Shown one piece after another: positions 1 to 9,198 of a DNA stretch of 64,000 nt. The position numbers and the translations under genes are program-made. The number at the start of each line of letters is the position of its first letter. Positions within the stretch are counted from its first letter, which is position 1. Under the pieces are notes generated by a model. It ran no database searches. It saw nothing but the letters and a program-made list of their open reading frames with translations, and had not been told where the DNA came from. Source of the DNA: Chloroflexota bacterium (GTDB lineage Bacteria > Chloroflexota > Limnocylindria > Limnocylindrales > CSP1-4); assembly GCA_025351245.1 (NCBI GenBank), contig JANXWH010000133.1, positions 1,450-65,449 of the forward strand, given 5' to 3'.

Positions 1-742
1 AGACGTCCGGACGTCGCCACGCGGCGATCACGGGCACGTCCACGAACTCGGCCAGTCGAACGAGGTCCGCCGTCGCCCGCGAACGCAGGACGCCGCCGCC
101 GGCCAGGATCACCGGCCGTTCCGCGTCGAGCAGCAGGTGGAGGATCCGGCGAACCTGCATCGGGTCGGGGGGCGGCGTGCGAGACGGCCCGAGCGCGGCC
201 GCGGGCGCGGCGCGCGCCGGCGCATCGGCGACCTCCTCGTCCAGGAGGTCCTCCGGAAGAGACAGGAGCACCGGGCCGGGTCGGCCGGTCGTGGCGCGCC
301 GGAGCGCCTCGTCGAGCACTGCGGGGAGCGCGGCCGCGTCGCGTACCTCGCGGGCCCAGCGGCAGTACCCGCCGATCGTGGCCGCCAGGTCCACCTCCTG
401 GAATCCTTCGCGACCGCGGGTCGACCGCTCCACCTGGCCGATGAGCGCGATGACGGGGAGCGAATCCGCGTGGGCGACGTGGAGGCCGATGGCCAGGTTC
501 GCAGCACCCACGGCCCGCGTCCCGAGGACCGCGGTCGGGTGGCCGCTGAGCGCCGCCGAGGCCGCGGCCATGAACGCCGCGCTGCCCTCGTGGCGCGTCG
601 CGACAACCCGGATCCCGGCTCCCATGAGGCCGTCCAGGAGGGGCAGGAAGCTCTCTCCCGGAACGGTGTACGCGACGCGGACCCCGGCCGCGGCAAGTGC
701 ATCGGCGATCAGGCGGCCGGCCGTCCGCGGTGTCCCGGTCAC
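1..742 (-). CDS. Thiamine-pyrophosphate-dependent enzyme, acetolactate-synthase-like; partial, running off the window start
   Basis: Hand translation from the GTG at 742 gives VTGTPRTAGRLIADALAAAGVRVAYTVPGESFLPLLDGL...GIRVVATRHEGSAAFMAAASAALSG...LPVIALIGQVERSTRGREGFQEVDLAATIGG. This is followed by the central-domain motif RPVILAGGGV. There is no stop before position 1. It is absent from the ORF track only because it is open-ended. An SD-like GGAAAGGGAAG lies upstream. Confidence 0.6.
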   Translation of the reverse strand, partial: MTGTPRTAGRLIADALAAAGVRVAYTVPGESFLPLLDGLMGAGIRVVATRHEGSAAFMAAASAALSGHPTAVLGTRAVGAANLAIGLHVAHADSLPVIALIGQVERSTRGREGFQEVDLAATIGGYCRWAREVRDAAALPAVLDEALRRATTGRPGPVLLSLPEDLLDEEVADAPARAAPAAALGPSRTPPPDPMQVRRILHLLLDAERPVILAGGGVLRSRATADLVRLAEFVDVPVIAAWRRPDV

Positions 743-755
743 GGACTTCCCTTTC

Positions 756-1247
756 CTAGCGGTAGTTGGAGAACTGGAGCGCGACGGTCTCGTCGAGCTC
801 GCGCAGCCGCGCGATCACCTTCTGGAGGTCGTCCTTGCTCTTGGCGCTCACACGGACGGCGTCGCCCTGGATCTGTCCCTTCGTCTTCGGGAACTCGTCC
901 CGCAGAATCTTCGTGACCTTCCTGGCGAGGTCGTCCGGGAGCCCGCTCCGCAGGCTGACGTGCTGGCGGACCTTCATCCCGCCGGCCTGCTCGATGGCGC
1001 CCCAGTCGAAGATCTTGAGCGAGAGGCTGCGCCGAATGGCTTTCGACTCGATCAGCTCGCGCATCGACTTCGCCCTGAGCTCCGAGTCGGCCACGATCGC
1101 GAGCGCGTCCTTCTCCTGGGTGATCTCCGCGGTCGCGCCTTTGAAGTCGAAGCGCGTGGCGATCTCGCGCCGGACCTGGTCCAGCGCGTTGCGGAGCTCC
1201 TGCGCATCGAATTCGGAGACCACGTCGAAGGAGAATTCGCCAGCCAT
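756..1247 (-). CDS. yajQ: YajQ family (UPF0234) nucleotide-binding protein
   Basis: The C-terminal 163 aa of ORF 756..1964 read MAGEFSFDVVSEFDAQELRNALDQVRREIATRFDFKGA..., typical of YajQ. ATG at 1247 is preceded by GGAGGAA. The upstream part of the 402-aa ORF is a low-complexity over-extension. Confidence 0.85.
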   Translation of the reverse strand: MAGEFSFDVVSEFDAQELRNALDQVRREIATRFDFKGATAEITQEKDALAIVADSELRAKSMRELIESKAIRRSLSLKIFDWGAIEQAGGMKVRQHVSLRSGLPDDLARKVTKILRDEFPKTKGQIQGDAVRVSAKSKDDLQKVIARLRELDETVALQFSNYR

Positions 1248-1330
1248 CGGTTCCTCCGTATCGCCCAGCGCGCGCGCCGGGACCCTTCGGTCGTTGCCCC
1301 AAGTATGCCGATCGCGCCGACGCCTGTCCG

Positions 1331-1891
1331 TCAGGCGGCGCCGCGGGAGCCGCCCGCATCGGCCGGGTTCGCAGCATCGCCCGGTGCTGACGTCCCCGCC
1401 GCGATCGCCGAGGCCCGCTCCAGGAGGAGCTCGAGCGCGGCCCGTGCGCTCGCGGCCTTGTTCGCCTCGCGGTCGCCGGACCAGGCGAACCGCCGGATCT
1501 CGATCCCGGCTGAGTCGGCCACGGCCACGTACGTGAGGCCGACGGGCTTTCCGGGCATTGCCCCGGCCGGGCCCGCGATCCCCGTGATGGCCACGGCGAG
1601 ATCGACGCCAAGCCGCGTCCGCGCCCCGGCGGCCATCGCCCGGGCGGCCTGCGCGCTGACGGCGCCGTGCTGTCGGATCACGATCGCCGGCACACCCAGG
1701 AGCTCCTCCTTGATGGCATCTGCGTACGCCACCACCCCACCCCGGACGTAGCCCGATGAGCCGGCCACGTCCGTCAATGCGTCGACGACGCGCCCGCCCG
1801 TGCATGATTCGGCCGTCGCGACCGACAGCCCGGCTCTGAGACAGATTTCCTGGAGGCGTCCCGCCAGCAGGCGCAGCTCCGGCTCGGCCAT
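1331..1891 (-). CDS. CinA C-terminal domain protein (PncC-like NMN amidohydrolase)
   Basis: MAEPELRLLAGRLQEICLRAGLSVATAESCTGGRVVDALTDVAGSSGYVRGGVVAYADAIKEELLGV... matches the CinA_C family. The internal ATG at 1891 was chosen because the N-terminal 84 aa of the ORF are junk. Confidence 0.75.
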   Translation of the reverse strand: MAEPELRLLAGRLQEICLRAGLSVATAESCTGGRVVDALTDVAGSSGYVRGGVVAYADAIKEELLGVPAIVIRQHGAVSAQAARAMAAGARTRLGVDLAVAITGIAGPAGAMPGKPVGLTYVAVADSAGIEIRRFAWSGDREANKAASARAALELLLERASAIAAGTSAPGDAANPADAGGSRGAA

Positions 1892-1899
1892 TCTCGCCC

Positions 1900-3264
1900 T
1901 CAGGTCCGGCTCGTCCGCTTTGGCGGATTGGGCGGCTGGAAGAGCCACGTCTCCGGCGAGCCACCCTTCCCGAGGATACCGAGATTCGTGCCGTTGAGGG
2001 TGAACGAGGTGACGCCGGCGCTGCCGGTCCTGACCTCGACGGAGGTCGTGCCGCTGAAAATAAGCGTCTGGCCGTCGTTGACGACGAGCCCGCCGCTTCC
2101 GGTGGTCTTCGACACGGCGCCGTCGACCCACACCTTCAGCCATGCGCGACCGCCCTTGATCTCCACGATCAGGTTCACGCCCTGGTAGACGACCGTCACG
2201 TTCCGCGTCAGCGTGGTGGTCTTGCCCTCACCGCTCTTCGCGGCGATCGTCAGCGTCCAGCGACCGGCGGTAAGGTCGACGTTGCTGGTAAACGACCCGT
2301 CATTGGCGGGCGTGACGTCGATTGGCGCTGGCGAAGCCGGCGTGGGTGCGGCGGACGCCGTGGGCAGTCCTCCCGGCGCAGGGCCCACGTACGCCGCGGC
2401 GATGTTGACCGTCGTCGCGTCGGTGGCGTGGCCGGCCACGGGGATCGCCCCGTTCTGGAACGTGGCACCGTCCGCGGGCGAATCCACCGCGAGCGTTGGG
2501 GCGACGACCGGGCTGAACGGGACGGTGATCAGGAGTCGAACCGGATGCTCGGCGGACTTGCCGGTCTTCGGGTCGACCGCGCTGACGTCGAACTGGTTCT
2601 TGCCGCGCCGGAGCTCAACCGTGGCCAGCCACGCCCCGTCGCCGGCCGCGGTGATATTGAGCGGGTCGCGGCCCGGCGCTGCGATGGTGACGAGGCCGCC
2701 GGCGACGGTGGTCCCGCGGAGCGCGTACGTGCTGGCGCCCTCCGCCACCTCCGTCACCGCGGTCGGCGGCTGGACGACGCTGAGCGGCGGCGGCTCGGAG
2801 AAGCGGACGAGTTGGAAGCCGATGTAGGCGAGGATCGCGAGCACGACGACCGTGACGACCGCTGCGACCACGACGCCCGAGCTGAGCACGAGGCCCTTGC
2901 GGGCGGCCACCAGGGGCCGCGGCACGACGATCACCGGCTCGGGCGCGTCCGCCGGTGCCTCGCGGTGCCATTGGGCGACGGCCTCATCCGGGTCGAGACC
3001 CAGGTATTGCGCGTAGTTGCGCAGGAAGCCGCGGACGTAGACGCCGCCCGGCAGTGACGCGTAGTCGCCATGCTCGAGGGCCGCGAGGTAGGGGCGCCGG
3101 ATCTTCGTCTCGCGCTCCGCGCGAAGCAGGTCGATGCCCTTGGCCTCGCGTGCGGCAACCAGTCGCTCTCCCAGCGGATCGGTGCTTGCGCCCGGGCGCC
3201 AATCCATGATCGGCTCGCGATCCGGCTCCGCCCCGGCCGGGCGGGCGTGGTTGCGCGTCCTCAT
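1900..3264 (-). CDS. rodZ: RodZ-like cytoskeleton protein (XRE-type HTH, transmembrane helix, DUF4115-like C-terminus)
   Basis: Has the HTH LGERLVAAREAKGIDLLRAERETKIRRPYLAALE, then a hydrophobic segment VVVAAVVTVVVLAILAYIGF, a long Thr/Gly/Val-rich beta-like region and a DUF4115-like C-terminal end. Its ATG at 3264 overlaps the ftsK stop as ATGA. Confidence 0.65.
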   Translation of the reverse strand: MRTRNHARPAGAEPDREPIMDWRPGASTDPLGERLVAAREAKGIDLLRAERETKIRRPYLAALEHGDYASLPGGVYVRGFLRNYAQYLGLDPDEAVAQWHREAPADAPEPVIVVPRPLVAARKGLVLSSGVVVAAVVTVVVLAILAYIGFQLVRFSEPPPLSVVQPPTAVTEVAEGASTYALRGTTVAGGLVTIAAPGRDPLNITAAGDGAWLATVELRRGKNQFDVSAVDPKTGKSAEHPVRLLITVPFSPVVAPTLAVDSPADGATFQNGAIPVAGHATDATTVNIAAAYVGPAPGGLPTASAAPTPASPAPIDVTPANDGSFTSNVDLTAGRWTLTIAAKSGEGKTTTLTRNVTVVYQGVNLIVEIKGGRAWLKVWVDGAVSKTTGSGGLVVNDGQTLIFSGTTSVEVRTGSAGVTSFTLNGTNLGILGKGGSPETWLFQPPNPPKRTSRT

Positions 3265-5606
3265 CGGTCGTCCCCGTCGTCGACATCCGCCGGTGCCACC
3301 GTGCCGCCCGCCTCGCGCCGGAGCACCTGGCGTGCGTTCGAGCCGTCGAACGTCCCGATGTAGCCGCGCGCCTCGAGTTGGTCGATGATCCGGGCCGCGC
3401 GGGCGTAGCCGATCTTGAGGCGCCGCTGCAACAGCGACGCCGAGGCACGATCGTACTCCTGGACCACGCCCACGGCATCCCGCAGCAGCCGGTCGGCGTC
3501 GTCGTCAGCTAGGTCGTCTACCGATCCGGTGGAGTCCTCCTCGTCCTCCAGGATCCCCAGGTCGTAGTGCGGCTCCGCCTCCGCCCGCCAGTGGGCGGTC
3601 ACGGCGCGGATCTCCCGGTCCGCCACGAAGACGCCCTGCAGGCGGATCGGGCGCGGGAGGTCGGACGGCTGGAAGAGCATGTCGCCGCGGCCGATCAGGT
3701 CCTCGGCACCGGCGGCGTCGATGATCGTCCGGGAGTCGATCTGGGACGCCATCGCGAACGCGATCCGGGACGGGAAGTTGGCCTTGATGAGCCCGGTCAC
3801 CACGTTGACCGACGGGCGCTGGGTGGCGAGGACCAGGTGGATTCCGGTCGCGCGCGCCTTCTGGGCAAGCCGGACGATCGGGTCCTCCACAGTGCGGCCG
3901 TCACGCATCATGAGGTCGGCGAGCTCGTCCACGATGATCACGATGTACGGCAGCCGATCCGCCGGGTCGGCCCGCGTCTCGTTGTACGAGGTGATGTTCC
4001 GGGCGGTGGCGCCGGCGAACTTCCGGAAGCGCATCTCCATCTCCCCGACGGCCCACTTGAGCGCGGCCTTTGCCCGGTCCGCCTCGGTAATGACCGGGAC
4101 CAGGAGGTGCGGCATCCCGTTGTAGTCGGCCAGCTCGACGCGCTTCGGGTCCACGAGGATCATCCGGACGTCGTCCGGAGTGGCCCGCATGAGCAGGCTC
4201 GTGATGAGCGCGTTGACCATGACGCTCTTGCCGGAGCCGGTGGCCCCTGCGATCAGGAGGTGCGGCATCTTCGCGAGGTCGGCCGCCCGGGCGTGACCCG
4301 CCACGTCGCGGCCGAGGGCGAACGCGATCCGCGACGGAATCGCCGCAACCTCCGGATCCTCCAGGATTCGCCGGATCGCCACGACGTTGAAGTCCATGTT
4401 CGGGATCTCGAGGCCCACCACCGTCTTGCCGGGGATCGGCGCCTCGATCCGGATCGTCCGGGCCGCCAGCGCCATGGCGAGGTCGTCCGCGAGGCCCTCG
4501 ATCCGACTCACCTTGATGGAGGGGTCCGGCTCCACCTCGTACTGGGTCACCACCGGCCCCGCGCTCCAGCGGATCACGCGGCTGGGGATGTTGAAGCTGG
4601 CGAGCTTGCCGACGATGATCGCCGCGTTGCGCGCGTGGTCCATGCCGACGTTGGATGTCCGCGGCGCGACGTCCTCGAGGAGCGTAATCGGCGGCAGGCG
4701 GTACTCCCGGTGCGCCGGTGCCCCAACCACCCCTCCCGCGCCGACCCCGGGCCCATCTCCGTTGCCTGGCCCACGTCCGGGCGACGTGACGGCCCCGTCC
4801 GGGAAGAGCGTCAACCGTTCCCCGGTGAACGGTGCCGGCGGCGGCCCGGCGAAGACAGATGACATCTGGGCGGGCTGCTCCAGCGGCGACGGGATCTCCG
4901 GTCGGGCGGCATCGCGGGCGCCTCGCCCGCCCCGGAGCGTGGTCCCGGTGCCCGGCCCCGCCGTCGCCTCGGCGCGTGCGCGGCGGGCCTCTTCAATGGC
5001 GGCCGCCCCGGCGCTCGCCACGGGCGCGGCCAGCGCACTCCCCAGGCCGCGGGCGCCGCGCCCGAACGGGGCCAGCAGCACGCGGACCGGTCGGTCCAGC
5101 GCAACCACGAGTCCGGCCAGGAGGACACCCACGAAGACGATGAACGCGCCCGGCGGGCTGACGAGGCGGCTCGCGAACGTTGCGAGTGCGGAGCCGATCC
5201 GGCCGCCCGAGCGTCCGTCCAGCACTCCGGCGTCCGCGAGGAGCGCGATCATGGCGAGCACCGCGGTGAAGGCAACTGCGGATCCCGCCAACGTCCGAGG
5301 CCAGCCCGCCCGCACGCCCCCCGCCCGTTCCAGCCAGATCCCGAGGCCGATCAGGACCAGCGGCAGGAGCCAGCGGCCGGAACCGAACCACGGCGCAATC
5401 ACGTTGAGGATCCAGTCCGTCAATGCGCCACGACCCTGGAGCACGAGCCCGATGAGGATCACGGCACCCAGCACGAGCAGGACCACCGCCACCAGCGAGC
5501 GCGTGACGTCCGGCGAGAGTCGCGGCATCCCCGGACCCGGGGACGACCGTCGGCGGGGCGTCCGGGTCCGGGACCGTGCGGCCGGCTGGCGGCGACGCGT
5601 CGCCAC
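3261..5606 (-). CDS. ftsK: DNA translocase FtsK/SpoIIIE
   Basis: N-terminal TM segments are followed by a proline/glycine-rich linker and the motor domain with Walker A GATGSGKS and the ...VDELADLMM... region. A gamma domain, RLLRDAVGVVQEYDRASASLLQRRLKIGYARAARIIDQLEARG, is at the C-terminus. Confidence 0.9.
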   Translation of the reverse strand: MATRRRQPAARSRTRTPRRRSSPGPGMPRLSPDVTRSLVAVVLLVLGAVILIGLVLQGRGALTDWILNVIAPWFGSGRWLLPLVLIGLGIWLERAGGVRAGWPRTLAGSAVAFTAVLAMIALLADAGVLDGRSGGRIGSALATFASRLVSPPGAFIVFVGVLLAGLVVALDRPVRVLLAPFGRGARGLGSALAAPVASAGAAAIEEARRARAEATAGPGTGTTLRGGRGARDAARPEIPSPLEQPAQMSSVFAGPPPAPFTGERLTLFPDGAVTSPGRGPGNGDGPGVGAGGVVGAPAHREYRLPPITLLEDVAPRTSNVGMDHARNAAIIVGKLASFNIPSRVIRWSAGPVVTQYEVEPDPSIKVSRIEGLADDLAMALAARTIRIEAPIPGKTVVGLEIPNMDFNVVAIRRILEDPEVAAIPSRIAFALGRDVAGHARAADLAKMPHLLIAGATGSGKSVMVNALITSLLMRATPDDVRMILVDPKRVELADYNGMPHLLVPVITEADRAKAALKWAVGEMEMRFRKFAGATARNITSYNETRADPADRLPYIVIIVDELADLMMRDGRTVEDPIVRLAQKARATGIHLVLATQRPSVNVVTGLIKANFPSRIAFAMASQIDSRTIIDAAGAEDLIGRGDMLFQPSDLPRPIRLQGVFVADREIRAVTAHWRAEAEPHYDLGILEDEEDSTGSVDDLADDDADRLLRDAVGVVQEYDRASASLLQRRLKIGYARAARIIDQLEARGYIGTFDGSNARQVLRREAGGTVAPADVDDGDDR

Positions 5607-7289
5607 CTAGACCTCGACGACGACCGGGAAGACCATCGGCCGTCGCTTCGTCTGCTCGTAGAGGAACCGCGAGACCCCGTCCTTGATCTGGCTCTTGAGG
5701 AGCGCCACCTCGCTGATGTGGTCACCTGGGTTCTCGATGGCCGTCACGACGCGGCGCACGGCCTCCGCCATGATCGGGTCCTTCTCATTGAGGTGGACGA
5801 AGCCCCGGGTGATGATCTCGGGCCGCCCCACGACATGCCCGGTCTGCTTGTCGACCGTGACGACGACCATGAACATGCCGTCGTTGGCGAGCGCTCGCCG
5901 GTCGCGCAGGACGACGTCCCCGACGTCACCCACGGACAGGCCGTCGACGTAGACGTAGCCGGCGGTCACGGGCGTGCCGCGGCGGGCCGTCCCATCGGCG
6001 AGGATCTCGATCGGCATCCCATTCTCGATGATGAAGACGTTCTCCGGCGCGACCCCGGTCTCGATCGCCAGGCGCCCGTGCTGGACCTGCATCCGGAACT
6101 CGCCGTGCATCGGGATGAAGTGGCGCGGCTTCGTCAGGCCGAGCATCAGCTTCAGCTCTTCCTGGCTGGCATGCCCGGAGACGTGGGCGCGCTTGATGGC
6201 GTGATAGAAGACGTTGGCGCCGGCCTTGAAGAGGTTGTCGATGGTCCGGGCGACGTACTCCTCGTTGCCCGGGATGGGGCTGGCCGAGACGATCACCGTG
6301 TCGCCCGCCTGGATCTCGACGAAGCGATGGTCGCGGTTGGCCATCCGCGCGAGGCCAGCCATCGGCTCGCCCTGGGCACCGGTGGTGCAGATGACGAGCT
6401 TGTCGGCCGCGATGTCGCCGATCCGCTCCTTGGCCACGATCCGATCGGCGTCGTAGGTCAGGTAGCCCAGGTCGCTCGCGATCCGGAAGTTCTGCTCCAT
6501 CGAGCGGCCGATGACGGCAACCTTCCGGTTGAAGCTGGCCGCCGCGTCGAGGACCTGCTGGACGCGCGCGATGTTGCTGGCGAAGGTCGCCACGATGACC
6601 CGGCCGTCGAGCGGCTCCATGATCTCGCGGAACGCATCGCCGACGGTCCGCTCCGACGGCGTATAGCCCGGGTTCTCCGCCCGCGTCGAGTCGGAGAGGA
6701 GGCAGATCACGCCCTCTTCGCCGAGCTTGGCGAGGATGTGGAAGTCCGAGAGCCTGCCGTCGACGGGCGTATGGTCGAACTTGAAGTCGCCCGTGTGCAC
6801 GACCGTGCCGACCGGCGTCCGGAGGGCGATCCCCATCGCATCGGGGATCGAATGCCCGATCCGGAACGGGACGACGGTGAAGGGCCCGATCGGGATCTGG
6901 TCGCCCGGCTCGAGCCCGATGAGCGGGTTGTTGTGGAGCTTGTGCTCCTTGATCTTGTTGCCCAGGAGCCCGCGCGCCAGGGTCGACGCGTAGACCGGTA
7001 CGCCCGGGAACTCCGGGAGCACGTACGGCAGCGCGCCGACGTGATCCTCGTGGGCATGAGTGATGAGGAACGCACGGACGTTGGCGCGGCGCTCCTTGAG
7101 GTAGGTGATGTCAGGGATGACGAGGTCGATGCCGAACATCTCCTCGTCGGGGAACATCAGGCCGCAGTCGATGACGACGATGTCGTCCCCGTACTCGAAG
7201 ACGTACATGTTCTTGCCGATCTCCCCTACCCCGCCGAGCGGGATGATGCGGAGCGGCGTGTCGTTGGTGGCGGGCGTCTGGCTTGTCAT
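5607..7289 (-). CDS. rnj: Ribonuclease J (beta-CASP metallo-beta-lactamase RNase)
   Basis: LRIIPLGGVGEIGKNMYVFEY...HAHEDHVGALPYVL (the HxHxDH motif) plus a beta-CASP domain. Length 560 aa. Confidence 0.9.
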   Translation of the reverse strand: MTSQTPATNDTPLRIIPLGGVGEIGKNMYVFEYGDDIVVIDCGLMFPDEEMFGIDLVIPDITYLKERRANVRAFLITHAHEDHVGALPYVLPEFPGVPVYASTLARGLLGNKIKEHKLHNNPLIGLEPGDQIPIGPFTVVPFRIGHSIPDAMGIALRTPVGTVVHTGDFKFDHTPVDGRLSDFHILAKLGEEGVICLLSDSTRAENPGYTPSERTVGDAFREIMEPLDGRVIVATFASNIARVQQVLDAAASFNRKVAVIGRSMEQNFRIASDLGYLTYDADRIVAKERIGDIAADKLVICTTGAQGEPMAGLARMANRDHRFVEIQAGDTVIVSASPIPGNEEYVARTIDNLFKAGANVFYHAIKRAHVSGHASQEELKLMLGLTKPRHFIPMHGEFRMQVQHGRLAIETGVAPENVFIIENGMPIEILADGTARRGTPVTAGYVYVDGLSVGDVGDVVLRDRRALANDGMFMVVVTVDKQTGHVVGRPEIITRGFVHLNEKDPIMAEAVRRVVTAIENPGDHISEVALLKSQIKDGVSRFLYEQTKRRPMVFPVVVEV

Positions 7290-7293
7290 GGCC

Positions 7294-7998
7294 TCACGTG
7301 AAGAGCGTCAGTTGATCGGTCTCGGATGGTTGGGGTGGCGCGTCGGCCGGCGCGGGGCCGGCATCGGGCAGCGCCGGGGCGAGCGTCGCGGTCGTCGAAG
7401 GGTCGCGGAGGCGTCGCGCCTCCATCAGCGCGGCGGGGATCAGGGCGGCGTCGGCGAAGCTGGCGGTCTCGACCGCCGCCGCCCGCAGCGCGGCCGCCGG
7501 GTGGTACATGGCGAAGACCCGGGCAGTCGCGGCACCCGTTGCGGGGTCGACTGGTGCGGTGGTCCCGTGCGCCCGGCTGATCGTGGTACCCGGCATGAAC
7601 CGGCTCATCGAATGCCGCCCCAGCGTCACCACAAGGGCGGGATCGAGCACCTGGAGCTGGCGGCGGAGGTACGGTTCACAGGCCGCGACCTCATCCGGCT
7701 CCGGGTCGCGGTTGTCGGGTGGCCGGCACTTGACGATATTCGTGATGAAGACATCGCTGCGCTGCCAGCCGATAGAGACGAGCAGGCGCACGAGGAGATC
7801 GCCCGCCCGCCCGACGAACGGCCGGCCCAATCGATCCTCGTTGACGCCCGGGCCCTCGCCCACGAAGACGACCTCCGTCATGGGGTCGCCCTCGCCGGGC
7901 ACCGCGTTCGTGCGGCCGACGTGCAGCCGACAGGCCGTGCAGGCCCGAACCTCCGCCGCGAGCGCATCCAGCGCGGCGCGGCGTTCGGGGGCGGTCAC
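7294..7998 (-). CDS. Uracil-DNA glycosylase, family 4
   Basis: CTACRLHVGRTNAVPGEGDPMTEVVFVGEGPGVNEDRLGRPFVGRAGDLL is the family-4 UDG signature. The start overlaps the asd stop by 4 nt. Confidence 0.85.
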   Translation of the reverse strand: MTAPERRAALDALAAEVRACTACRLHVGRTNAVPGEGDPMTEVVFVGEGPGVNEDRLGRPFVGRAGDLLVRLLVSIGWQRSDVFITNIVKCRPPDNRDPEPDEVAACEPYLRRQLQVLDPALVVTLGRHSMSRFMPGTTISRAHGTTAPVDPATGAATARVFAMYHPAAALRAAAVETASFADAALIPAALMEARRLRDPSTTATLAPALPDAGPAPADAPPQPSETDQLTLFT

Positions 7999-9110
7999 GC
8001 CGGCGTCTCCGCCTCCGCGTGCGCGGCGCGGCGCGAGGCGGGCGCCACCCAGCCGCGCGCGGCGAGCAGCTCAGCAAGTTCAACGGCGTTCGTGGCCGCG
8101 CCCTTCCGCACATTGTCGGAGACGCACCAGAAGGCGAGGCCCCGCCCGTCCGGGATCGACGTGTCCTGCCGGACGCGGCCCACGTAGATCTCGTCGTGGC
8201 CGGCCGCCTCGGTCGCGAGCGGGTAGACATGGGCGGCCGGCTCGTCGCGGACGACCACCCCGGGCACGCCCGCGAAGAGAGCACGGGCCTCGGCAGGCGT
8301 CACGGCCGCGCGCGTCTCGACGTGCACCGCCTCAGAGTGGCCCACGAAGACCGGAACCCGGACGGCCGTGCAGGAAGCTCGCAGGTTGGGCAGGTGGAGG
8401 ATCTTGCGGCTCTCGGAGACGACCTTCCACTCCTCCTTCGTGTACCCGTTCTCCAGGAAGACGTCGATCTCCGGCAACGCGTTGAACGCGATCGGGTGCG
8501 GGTAGACCGAGGCCTGCTTGGGTGCCCCCGCTGCGTGCGCGCGGATCTGGGTCTCCAGCTCCGCGATCGCGTCCGCGCCCGTCCCCGAGACGGCCTGGTA
8601 CGTGTCCACGACGACGCGCTCGAGGCCGGGGCCGTCCCGCAGCGCCATCAGGAGCGGTACGAGCTGCATCGTGCTGCAGTTCGGGTTGGCAATGATGCCC
8701 TCGTGCGCCGCGAGGTCGTCGGGGTTGACCTGGCTGACGACGAGCGGAACCCCGGGCTCCATCCGCCACGCATTGGAGTTGTCGATCACCGTGCAGCCGC
8801 GGGCGACGGCCTGGGGCGCGAGCTCACGAGAGACGTCGGCACCGGCCGAGAAGAGCGCGATGTCCACTCCCTCGAACGCTTCCGGGATGGCCTCGAGCAC
8901 GGCAAGCGCGCGCCCTGCCACCGGGACGGTCATGCCGGCGGAGCGACCGGAGGCGAGGAGACGGAGCTCCGCGAATGGGAACGCCCGCTCCACCAGGACC
9001 GAGATCATCGTGCGGCCGACGACGCCGGTGGCGCCGACGACGGCGACCGTGAGGGGTCGAGTGGTCGTGAAGGACATGGCTCCGCTGCTCGTGAAAGGAC
9101 TGGCGGGCAC
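7995..9110 (-). CDS. asd: Aspartate-semialdehyde dehydrogenase
   Basis: LTVAVVGATGVVGRTMISVL...VIDNSNAWRMEPGVPLVVSQVNPD...CTAVRVPVFVGHSEAV. The start is either GTG at 9110 or ATG at 9077 (MSFTTT). Confidence 0.9.
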   Translation of the reverse strand: MPASPFTSSGAMSFTTTRPLTVAVVGATGVVGRTMISVLVERAFPFAELRLLASGRSAGMTVPVAGRALAVLEAIPEAFEGVDIALFSAGADVSRELAPQAVARGCTVIDNSNAWRMEPGVPLVVSQVNPDDLAAHEGIIANPNCSTMQLVPLLMALRDGPGLERVVVDTYQAVSGTGADAIAELETQIRAHAAGAPKQASVYPHPIAFNALPEIDVFLENGYTKEEWKVVSESRKILHLPNLRASCTAVRVPVFVGHSEAVHVETRAAVTPAEARALFAGVPGVVVRDEPAAHVYPLATEAAGHDEIYVGRVRQDTSIPDGRGLAFWCVSDNVRKGAATNAVELAELLAARGWVAPASRRAAHAEAETPA

Positions 9111-9117
9111 GGCGGGA

Positions 9118-9123
9118 GTATAG
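9118..9123 (-). promoter_or_regulatory. Extended -10 element TGcTATACT upstream of asd
   Basis: The minus strand reads cacgcTGCTATACTcccgccGTG. The -10 box lies 7 nt from the GTG at 9110, which would imply a leaderless or very short leader. The same motif recurs upstream of rplS. Confidence 0.4.
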
Positions 9124-9127
9124 CAGC

Positions 9128-9151
9128 GTGCCCCCGGTCTCCCGGGGGCAC
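9128..9151 (-). terminator. Perfect 10-bp GC hairpin (GUGCCCCCGG-GAGA-CCGGGGGCAC) immediately 3' of pnp
   Basis: An inverted repeat seen directly at 9128..9151, 47 nt downstream of the pnp stop. There is no strong U-tract. It is probably a pnp 3' stabiliser or terminator hairpin. Confidence 0.5.
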
Positions 9152-9198
9152 GCGATCTGTGGCGCGGGGCGGGCCGGCCCGTGATCGGGCCGCCGGGG

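Noticed and set aside
109-702. 197-aa minus-strand ORF in the first kilobase
   Set aside because: It is in the wrong frame. The real gene here is the TPP-enzyme ORF in the neighbouring frame (GTG 742 down to position 1), whose translation shows clear ALS-like N-terminal and central-domain motifs. On first pass I thought I saw a frameshift near 140..170, but careful re-reading showed a run of five Cs (ccgccccccgacccg) and a continuous frame.
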